Below, one piece after another: positions 24,686 to 35,042 of a stretch of DNA of 64,000 nt. Made by a program: the position numbers and the translations under genes. The notes beneath the pieces are model-generated. The model was not told where the DNA came from. It saw nothing but the letters and a program-made list of their open reading frames with translations, and ran no database searches. Every line of letters begins with the position of its first letter. Position 1 is the stretch's first letter. The DNA comes from Podarcis melisellensis. Its lineage: Eukaryota. The stretch lies in NCBI GenBank assembly GCA_964234715.1, contig OZ174276.1; one strand, 5' to 3'.

Positions 24686-27600
24686 GCAGTACTGGACAAC
24701 AGGTTTCATCTGAAATCTTACTGGCTTGGAATCTGGAAAGAAAGCAGAAATATATGTATTGCATCCAGCACACTCTTATCATGGTAGATTAATATGCATT
24801 ATGCTGGCTTCAGCAATCAGACTTTGCTGTGTAGCTGTTGGATAGAATTGTTTTATACCACAATAGGAATTAAATGCATTTCTTTGCCCCTGTGAACATT
24901 TCCAGGAAGGGCTTTAAATGAGAAATCTGTTCTCTTTCACATAAGCATGTTTTATTGCAACCACTACCTGTCTACCAGTTTATTTATATGTGTGGTGGAA
25001 TACTAGGCTCTTTTTTTGCTAATTTGCATTGTTAAAATAAGCTGGTTTTGTAGAATGTAGAGAGCACTCTTTTAGTGGTGCAAAGGAACGGGGAGATGCC
25101 AACTTGAAAGGATACTGGCGCCCAGCATGCAGCTGGGCACCAGAAAACGAAAAGGGAACAAAACGAAACAAATACTCTTGCCAGCGCTGCCTATGCTTCA
25201 CATTGGAAGGAAAATGGGAGTTCTGTTTGCAGAGACAAAGGCATGGGTACCAAACAGTTGACTGTTAACCTCACCAGCCCAATTCAATGTGACAGTGACA
25301 CTTCACAGCACATTGCATCCAATCTCTTTTGAAGCTGACGAAGATTGTTTCTGTTTTATATCTATTGGTTTATTAATGGACCACAGCCTCTTAAACAGAT
25401 GCATATTCATTAGGTAGCCAGCTGTTCGGAGGTTCCCAGATGTCGAATGTAGCTTTGTCTTAGAATGTGTGTGTGCTTTTCTTTCTTTTCTTTTTTTTTA
25501 AAAGCCCCTTATCATGAAACAAAGTAATTCAGGCCTATTAAAAGAGCTAGTTAATTACTAAACTGGTACCTTATGGCACCCAGTCATTCTTTTGCCCCTT
25601 TTTATGATTTGAGTCATAAAAACCCTGGGGACTTATTTAAGAAAGCCATCCAATACTTTAAAATGAAACACTACAGAATTTTAGACTCCTTTGTGTAATT
25701 GTATCTACTAGAAGAACTCACCTAAATTGGCAGCTGAGTTGTACATTATGGGCCGAGGTCAGAGATAGCACAGATTCTCAAAACTATGGGGTGGAAGCCT
25801 TACCCGCAATAGCCTAGAGAAACAAAAGTAGGCAATTTGCATTCAATCTCTGCTGTTGCCATTGAATATTGGACTTGAAGATTGGGGGGAAATGCAAAGA
25901 GAAATTCTAGCATGCCTATGGGAGGTTATGGTACATGCAGGAGCAAATACACGGTACAGGTCTGTGCTGTAACTGGGTGAGAGGTATTCATGGCTCCTTT
26001 GTAATTATTTGTTTCATACAGTGAATTTCCCACACATTTGAGCAGTGCTAAGTCCCTTTTCAACAACAACCAAACCTTCAACTTGAACGGGGAAGTAGAA
26101 ATCCAAGAACTTTGCAGATATAATAGCTGCCATCAGAGGAATTGCTTCCTGCAGCTACAGCTTTGCCCTGCCCCATTCATGGTTTTTATTTCCCCCACCC
26201 AAGCAGGCAACAAATCACTGGTTTGGAGCCGAGATGGCTCAGTCGAAGTGAGAATGTAAGAGCTCTAAAGCATAGAAGGGCACAAATACCTAGTGGCCAG
26301 AAAATCACGGGACTGCAATGCTTGAACATTGTTACATAGCTGGATTCTGTTGCATAAGTAAAACCTTATCACACAGATATGCAACCAATCATGAAATTCT
26401 TTTTAAGGATTACTTGTAATCACAATTTCTTACCTTACGTGGCTGTTTTGCTCCAGCTTTACACAAGCACTGGCTAAGAGCAGCTTTAACTGGGAATTTT
26501 CTTTTTCCAGAGCCATTTTTCTGCATTGGTGTTTCAAGACATAGCACTCGATTCCATGCATTATTGTCACATAAAGCCTTGTCAGAACTTGTCATAAAGT
26601 GACACATAAAATGGCCATGTTTGATACAGACACCAGTGTTTGCCCAGTACAGGTCAGGCTGAACTTCCCTTGTTGGTTTTCTTGCTGGAATAGCTGTTCA
26701 TGGCTCTTGTTCCTTTGGCCAATGGGTGGGGTCAGAAGGATCACAAAATTGTTTGTGAATGGGAGTAATGAGGGAGGAGTTTCTTCCTGACAGCTGCTCT
26801 CCTCTTCCGTGGAAGGTCCCTCCCACCCACTTGAGGAAAAAAGAATATTCCTGATGCTCATCAGAGTCTAGTTAGTGAAAAAGTAAAGGAAACACATTTG
26901 AACAATTTTGCATTCCCCCTTCTTTTCCTAAGTGTCAAGAGTATCATATTCTTACAAATTTGACAGCTGAAAATTCATAGCCCAGTTGAATGCCAATTGA
27001 GCCCTAAGTCAGTCGTCTAAGTGGGTTTGGTGGAACTTATTCCCAAGCAAACAGGCACAAGATTGCAACCATAATAACTATTGGAATGCAAATTAAAATG
27101 AGAGAAGAAAAAATGCCTTCCAAAGTAATTTGTAACTAAAAAACACCAATTTGAGCACATTCCAAATCAAAACTTTTATTACATTTCATATTCTACCTAC
27201 ATACACACACACCTCGATCTGTGTTTCACAGCGTGCAGAATTTCAACTTGCTACTGTGGATAGAAAGTGGGTTTCACTTTTAGGAAAGTAAGATGCAGCT
27301 TTGGAGTGAGAACCCAAGAGCCTAGTACACAAGCTATTTCAGGGAAGCGTGACACAACCAGGTGGCTTCTATTGGAACGTTGCAGAAAGCTGAAAGGACT
27401 ATTGCTTTTCCAAATGTTGTTGGGGATCAAATGCAACTCAAACTTTCTTTAAAACCTCCTCAGACATTTTGTAAATTCCAGAAATGCTATAATATTAAAC
27501 ACAGCCAAGAAGCAGCCTAGTACTGTACGAATTTGCAAGTGAACCTGCTACAAAGTAGTGCATTGTGGCAAGGTCCTTTTGACAGTTCTAGCCACCCAGC

Positions 27601-27815
27601 AACACTATTTTCCAGGATACTTCATTCCATTGAACCTCCCTCTGGTCCCTATTCAAGCAGTCAATGAACAGGTTAAATCCTAACCCCAACCCCACTTTTA
27701 AAGGTTTTTTTTTAACAAACAAAAAAATCTACTCCTGCAAACATGCCTGCTAATGTTTGGATGGTGCTGTTTGGGCTACATAAGGATCTAGACTCAGAGC
27801 GTGAGTCCACTATAG

Positions 27816-28255
27816 CAGTGGTTTTCAACCATTGTGCCGTGGCCCCCTGGGGTGCCTTGAATGATGGTCAGGGGTGCAGTGGGCAACACTGGCCTCTGTC
27901 CCTTTTTCCTTCCTTCCCTCCTCTGCTGCCCTCTTGTGTCTCTGCCTCCAAAAGGCTTGCATAGCTGTTTATTGCTGCAGCCCTGGCTATAAGCTCCGCA
28001 GGCAAATGGTGCCTCTAGATGGCACCTCTCTTTGGGGTGGGAGCAGCTCAGAAACCAGGAACAGCAGCAGCTACCGGGAGGACTCCCAAGGAGAGAAGAG
28101 ACTGAGGGAACACTCCACAAGGGAGGGTGTTCAAAAAAGGGTGAGAGGTCGCAGGCAAGGGGCAATATAACTGGGCTTCTGAGCCCCTCAGCGTGATGCA
28201 GAAAGAAGGTAGTTGGTCAAAGGAGCAATGGACTCAAAAAGATTGAAAACCTCTG
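27816..28255. mobile_element. hAT non-autonomous element, 440 bp
   Basis: TIRs CAGTGGTTTTCAA...TTGAAAACCTCTG with perfect 8-bp TSD CACTATAG (27808-27815 and 28256-28263). Confidence 0.92.
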
Positions 28256-29673
28256 CACTATAGGATGACGGTTGCTGCACTGAATACCTAGGTAAGATAA
28301 AGTGTCCTGGAATACACATCTCTGGAAACCTGAGACCTGGGAGAATATAAATGGTTTTAAGCGCTGGTTACATTTATTGTTGATATCACCTTGAGTGCAG
28401 GATGCCTGCTTACATTATGCAAAAACTTCATTGATAAATCCCTCCTGCCCTCCTCCTCTCCACCAGAAGTGTCAAGCTCCTCTTTGCTGATGGATCGAGA
28501 TGAAACAGATGCTGCCATAAATACTCTTGTTTAGCGGTTTCAGATGCAGTTTCTGTTTTGTAGAACACACTGAGTGCTCAGGTTATCAGCAAGCGTGCAC
28601 CTGTGCCGTTTATGCCTTTGCTAGGTCCTAGTGTTCTGCGATGGCATGGTAAATGCATTCCGAAGGACAGCCTTACAAAAAGACCCGAGCATAATGCTTA
28701 AGTTGCATACAACACGATCATATATTTTGGGTGGAAACTTACATGCCAAGTACCTGATGAATGTTGCCTTCTTTGTACAATCTTTTCTCATTTTTTACCT
28801 GCAAGTCCCATGACATCCCAATGTGAGCCTGTAAGACTGCCAAGCCTCTGGAGGTTGCTTTGCAACTATCTGCCATTTCTTTTTCCTCTGAGCAACTGTT
28901 TATTTTTGGGCAATTTGTGAGATCTGCACACCAAGGTGAATACTCTTGATACTACCATCCATGGTGGTTGATTGAACTTAACACGATGATGTAGAGAAGC
29001 AAGCTTCGGGAGTATCCACTTTTATGGCTGTCCCTTTTCTTGAAAGTTTGATAATACATTTTTCACAAGCAAACACAAGTTACCGTATGCCCTAGCACTT
29101 TGTGGCCAGGTTTAAGAGGCACAGGTTTTCAATGTTTTTTATGCCTGCTTTGAATGTGTCACTGTTACTGCCTGGACCCCTTTGGAAAGCAATAGGATTC
29201 AACCCAAATGCAGAACTACTACCGAAATACTTAAAGAGTTTCACATCATTTCCTAAAGAAGTAAATCTAGTCCAGTTTCAACACTACTTTGTTCCAACTT
29301 GCTTTTTGAAGCATTCTTTTAAAGCCTGAAGAGGCACATCCCAGCCTTTCATTGTATTGTACAGTACTGAGAATACATTATAGGACTTTGGTGCCTTGAC
29401 ATCCTAACAGTAGAACCAGGTTTTTAAAAACAGGTTTGACAACTTCTCCGTTCCCCCTGAAAACCGGTTTGCTCCCACCTCCTGCAGTTTTGTAGGTTCA
29501 TTTTTATTTTATTTTTTGCTTCTCAACATCTGTAACAAGACAAACTTATGAAGACAATTCCCACAAAAAGTTCAAGGGTTTCAAAACTGGAGCTGAAGAG
29601 AAGGCGATCTGTCCCGCACAGCCAGTAAAGCTTGTCTTGATTACTTTGATGTAACAACACTTGAAAGCTCTAT

Positions 29674-29845
29674 NNNNNNNNNNNNNNNNNNNNNNNNNNN
29701 NNNNNNNNNNNNNNNNNNNNNNNNNNNNNNNNNNNNNNNNNNNNNNNNNNNNNNNNNNNNNNNNNNNNNNNNNNNNNNNNNNNNNNNNNNNNNNNNNNNN
29801 NNNNNNNNNNNNNNNNNNNNNNNNNNNNNNNNNNNNNNNNNNNNN
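29674..29845. other. Assembly gap or masked run (172 N)
   Basis: Run of N. Confidence 0.99.
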
Positions 29846-30039
29846 GCTGGAGTGGGTCAAGATATCTGCGCTGCTTCATTTTTAATTCCTAACAGTAGAG
29901 TCAGATAGGGAAGGCGGGAGATAAAAAGTCATTAAACAATTTTAAATTATTTATAAAAATTACTTTGCCCAAATTATAATTATTTCTCTCCCCCCCCCAC
30001 TGCTCTCATGAAATGTCAAATGGAATGAAAGGAGAAGCA

Positions 30040-31465
30040 GCCCCAACATTGTTTTTAATGAACACTTTAATGTTATGTATAACAGAACATTATGAATACA
30101 ATGGAAATAAAGTTTTATCAATTTAATAATAATAAAAAATATCCAACATAAGAAAGGGGAGCCAATAAAGTTTCATACCTAGAATATAGTACTCATTCTC
30201 AGTAGCAGCCCTGGCTCTGTGAATATAAACTGAACCTCTGCATCCCAGACTAAAAATCATGATCTGTGTTTGAACCTAAATGCAGAATCATAGCAGGAAA
30301 AGAAAAAGCCTTTAATTTATTCTTTCATTTCCTTTATTTTCATTAATCCATAAAATCTGACTGCTACAGGTTTCCTTTAATAATAATAATAATCTATATA
30401 TTTATTCATTTATATATATTTATTTAATCCCTTTCTATTGGATTCCGCAATTGCTAAGGCCATATTTACATAAAACAAGTGAAGTCACCAAATGTATAAA
30501 ATTTAGAATCCAATGCTGTTGGATTAACAAAAAGTTTAGAGGTGTTCTTTCTTAATTTAAAGATGCTGTTTCTCATTTTTTGTGTTGCAAGAAAAAAAAA
30601 AATCCTTGCATTTTGACTGTCAGTGATGTAAACAGTGACCCCAGAGACCCCAAGGGGGGCTGCCACTTTTCACTGGAGTATGGCTGCAGAAAAACCACCC
30701 CAACCAAAACCCAACCATATATATATATTCTCTAGAGTTCTCTGAAAGGAAACCATACAGCAGTCTGAATGAAGTTTCTACCAGTTCTGCATTGTGTACT
30801 AAAGCAGAAAGAGGTAGGAAAACCCCACCCGTCCCACCCTATTCATCAGCAAATTGCTTAAAGAGGTCTATAATAAAAATTTGGATAGTATAGCAGTGTT
30901 GCTGGAAGAGTAGCAAAAGTATATATACATTCCAGGTCCCTTTGAATTAGCCATAATCACATATGTAAGCCATTTTTTTGGACAAAAATATATATATATT
31001 CTTATAAAAAATTGATCAGCATACTTTGACTTCAAATTTGACTCAGTGGTAGGAAAAGGAACGGATCCAATTATGATAAATAGATTCCAGGAGGGGAAAA
31101 AAGAAATCAAGTATAAAATTAGATTCACACAGATATACCCAGCCCCCAAATTCCAGAGTTTCCACAAGTTTCAAAGTTAAAACTGGTTCTGCCATCTAAG
31201 AAAGGCTTTTAATTCTCTTGTTAAAAAACAAGGCCTAGTGATTGCAATATCAACCATATCACTCGGTGGAGGACGTTTTCTTCACCAAAACTTGAACAAA
31301 AGTAGGTTGGGAGTTTACAAAATGACCTTTGGGTTCTTTAGATGGGCTCCTTTAAAGTAAGCAATAAAAGAAAAAGAGAAAGCATTTGATCAGCATTTTC
31401 AACCCTTATCCCAGCTTTATTTGTGCAGCTAAAATCCTTCATTCAATCTGATTGGTTTACAATCT
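30040..31465 (-). other. CLINT1: Proximal 3'UTR of CLINT1
   Basis: AU-rich. Minus-strand ATTAAA at 30054-30059 and 30066-30071, AATAAA at 30316-30321 and 30333-30338, Pumilio elements at 30463-30470 and 30922-30929. The end point is inferred. Confidence 0.6.
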
Positions 31466-31821
31466 TTATTTGCTAAAATTTGCAAAATTTGCAAAGGCAT
31501 CTTGCTTAGGTTGCACAGTTCCGGGAGCCATGGAGGATGCCACAGCTATATTAGTAATGCCCATGCCCGACAAACCCATTCCAGAAGTTGGCATTGCCAT
31601 GTTCACATTCATGCCCATCATGCCCTGGTTCATCATAGGTGTGCCTCCCATGGAAGCCATCCCGATCGTGCCAGTCATCACAGTGGGCATTCCCATTCCC
31701 ACGGGAACAGGCCCGCCCATCAATGGGTTTGCAGGAGGTCGAGCAGGCATCATGCTGGGTGGTGAGTTGAGGCTCATGGTTGCAAAATTCTGAGACATCA
31801 CATTCATCGGTTGTTGCATAT
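31466..31821 (-). CDS. CLINT1: CLINT1 last coding exon (Met-rich tail, stop TAA)
   Basis: cccatAG acceptor. Reads MQQPMNVMSQNF...VQPKQDAFANFANFSK*, the characteristic epsinR C-terminus. Exons 2-12 total 1912 nt with consistent phases. Confidence 0.97.
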
Positions 31822-31900
31822 CTATGGGGCAGAAATGAAGTTTTAAATGTTAAGGTGATTTTTTATGATATTTCTATCATTCAAAGAAAATGCAAGTATA

Positions 31901-31950
31901 TTCCCACCCCACCCTTATTTAACGTTTCCCACCCCACCCTTATTTAACGT
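31901..31950. repeat. Perfect 25-bp tandem duplication
   Basis: (TTCCCACCCCACCCTTATTTAACGT)2. Confidence 0.95.
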
Positions 31951-32675
31951 ATTGGCTGTATATTAAAAACAAAGCTGATCCTTAAAGGCATCATCCAACA
32001 TATTTCTATATGCCTGACAACTAAAGTCCAGCACAAATCCTAGTTGTCATAGTTCCCATTCCTCCCAATTCTCTTATTTCTCCATGGCCCAACCATGCTT
32101 TGTCTAGATACCCACTTATTTATTATGCTCAGGGATCCACAAATATAGTGTATTCCCTCTGCATTAGATCTTTTTAAGTACAACTTTGCTAGTACCTGGT
32201 TCAGAAACTGGGGGAAGGGGAGAAGGAAATGAAAATTCTGTTGAACAAGAATCCCCTTTCACTGCTTGGGGGCTGACAGTTCAAGAGTTTGGGAGGAGAC
32301 ACCACAAAAAGCTTTTAAAGCCTGCACTATATCATTAGATCAGGGTGAGGAAAATTCAAAGCACAAGCAGGCCGATATAGTTTGTGACCCATCAAGCTGA
32401 AAATGGTTGGCTCACCAGCCACATGCTCTCTGGGATCGCAAAAACAAAAGGCAGAACCCAATGAATGACTGCTGTGCATACTCAAGCAAGAGAGTTTTTA
32501 AATAGTAGAAGGCTACGAAGTTGCAGATAATATACTGTGGTCACGAAAAAGAGAGAATTTATAGGTGCTGAGGAAGTCTAGTGTTTTTTTAACACCCACC
32601 CACACTTTGATCAAGAATATACTGTGAAGAGTGACGTCATTGAAATACAAGCACAGCAAGAATTGTATTACTTAC

Positions 32676-32880
32676 TTTGTTGCTGAATCATTGTGTTGAG
32701 TGATGGTTGCTGGGGCTTGGAAGGCTGCATACCAGGAACTAAATTGTCCAAACTGATATTTACACTAGGGTCTGACCAAGTGGATGGCAGGGTTTTGCCT
32801 ACATTTTTGGGGACCATCTCTGTGCCCATATTATAAAGTGGATTAGGCTTCTGTATCATTGGGTTAACACCGTGCAAAGG
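32676..32880 (-). CDS. CLINT1: CLINT1 exon 11
   Basis: ttctAG acceptor, GTAAGT donor. 205 nt: PLHGVNPMIQKPNPLYNMGTEMVPKNVGKTLPSTWSDPSVNISLDNLVPGMQPSKPQQPSLNTMIQQQ. Confidence 0.95.
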
Positions 32881-33717
32881 CTAGAAGCATTAAAGAAGAA
32901 GAAAAAAAGAGATCTTTAGAGTTATGCTACGAATTGCCAACACAGTATTTTACAGCTATAATTTATCAGAGAGAGGAGTTCATCCAGCCTTCATAAAGAG
33001 AAACAGATGGACATTTATGTTCTCCTAAGAGAACTGAAGAAAGTTGAAGTTCATGCTCATAAAATTCTCAAGAGCATCTCTTTAAGTACTTTACCTATCA
33101 TCTGGTAGTCTTCTGGAACTGTGCCAAGAGTGGTAATTCAGAAGTGCCTTGCTTCTCCCCTTACCTAAAAATACTTTCTCTGAACCATCCTTCTATTTTA
33201 GATGTATTGGAAAATTAGTTTTCTTCTTACATTTACAGTATATTCCTCCTTTCTTCCATCATGGAACCCACACAAGTAATTTCCATGAGGCCTTGCACTG
33301 ACCAGACCCTGACTTGCTTAATTTCAGTAGGTTAGTGGCCTCATGCAACTTCAGACCATACCTGATCAACTAGTTGCTAAGTTTTCCAAGTCCAAAGACT
33401 TGTTTTCAATAGTCAACTACTCTTAAACTGGGTAAAACTATATGTGAGCCAGAAACAGGTGGCACTCCCCACCCTCATCCCCCTTGCTACAATCAAAGTG
33501 TCACAAGTTTGAAGTCTTCCTTATGTTCTACAACTCTTAGATTGCTTTAGATGTTTCCTCTCTCAATTTACTTGAATCTTGAAGAAAAGAGGGGCCAGTG
33601 AAGCAAAAAGGCAAGAAAACACTTTCAGAGCCACAGAAAAGAAGCTTTAAGTTAAGCGTGTGTCAAAACTATCCGTTGAGTAAACAGCAGTCAAGGGACT
33701 GCAGAACAGCACCATAC

Positions 33718-34013
33718 CTGTGACCTGGACATAGGTAGATTGATGCTGACAGTGTTGGAACCCATCATAGATAAATTCATGCTTTGGGAAGAGGTCATAG
33801 TGGCTTGGGAGGTACCCATCAAATCAAAGAGGTCAGAAGGATTTGAAGCAGCTGGAGGCTGGCCAAGGCTCTGCTGAGCAGAGCCACCAAAGAGCTCAAC
33901 AGCTGGCTGAGCAGAGCCACCAAAGAGCTCTCCAGCTGAAGCAGCAGGGCTTGGAGAGGTTTGGTTGAAGGCACTCCAGTCGCCAAACTCTCCATTCCCA
34001 CTTGCTGTTGTAC
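33718..34013 (-). CDS. CLINT1: CLINT1 exon 10
   Basis: tccccAG acceptor, GTATGG donor. 296 nt: TTASGNGEFGDWSAFNQ...SDLFDLMG...NLPMSRSQ. Confidence 0.95.
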
Positions 34014-34873
34014 CTGGGGAGGGAAAAGAAAGGTAAGAGTCTTTGTGAAAAGCACAGAGCAAATGCCACATTCCATGAAGTGAAACAAATGAGAGCCGAT
34101 GTATGTCCATCCAGATTAACATCTGCAGGTAGGATCTCCATCTGGACATTACTCTCCCTCATGAATATTCCAACAATTTTAACAGGATGGCAAAGGGGGG
34201 GGCATAAGAATGAAACAGCCACACCAGTGCTAAAGTATGGCTGGTTATGTGCCACCTGTTGAGTCCACATGTGTGGGACATAGATTTCCTAAGAGGCAAA
34301 TCTGCAGGATCCACTTTCAACACACAAGAATGTGGCAGGCATGAGAGACACCTGAAGCATAGCAGAAGTTCAGTATCTAAATTGCCAGTAGCTCAAAACT
34401 GGGAGCCTTAAGCAAAGCTGCAAACATTAACTCATTGCTGTTTTGAATCAATCACTGTGAACAAGGCTGGTCTCACAGTCGCAAGAAGTCATAAAAACAG
34501 CAATTTGTTCAAACTCATCTGATTACATATACATTACTTGCTGTATAGAGTTATTAAACCGGTACAGCTAAGTGGGATACCAATAAAATAATGGGCTTTC
34601 AAATTCAGTTGCCTCAGGGTGTTTATCTCACCTCTGTTGTGCTTGTTAACAGCATTGTGTAGTATTTATTTAGCGCTCTATGGGAGCTTTGATAAATATG
34701 CATTCAAAGCTCACACATGCTCTCAAATCTTTGTACAGCATGTGCATAGAGAGCTGCAAGACATTTAGTTCTTTTAACGGCAGTCTGCCTGTCTTTACAT
34801 ATTTTAAAAATACACATTTTACTGGAATAAACTTGTGAGTGAAGCTCCAAGGTGTAAAGATCATGAGGAAATA

Positions 34874-35042
34874 CCGTATTTTTTGCACCATAACACTCAC
34901 TTTTTTCCTCCTAGAAAGTAAGGGAAAATGTCTGTGCGTGTTATGGAGGGAATGCCTACGGGTGGCATGCCTACGGATTTTCCTCCTCTAAAAACTATGT
35001 GCGTGTTATGGTCGGGTGCGTGTTATAGAGCGAAAAATACGG
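34874..35042. mobile_element. Tc1/mariner-type MITE
   Basis: TIRs CCGTATTTTT...AAAAATACGG with TA TSD. Internal motif GTGCGTGTTAT occurs three times. Confidence 0.88.

Noticed and set aside
27743-28170. ORFs of 73-123 aa
   Set aside because: Inside the GC-rich hAT element with no transposase similarity.
31452-31793. 113-aa and 87-aa plus-strand ORFs
   Set aside because: Antisense shadows of the Met/Gly/Pro-rich last CLINT1 exon, with no independent coding evidence.
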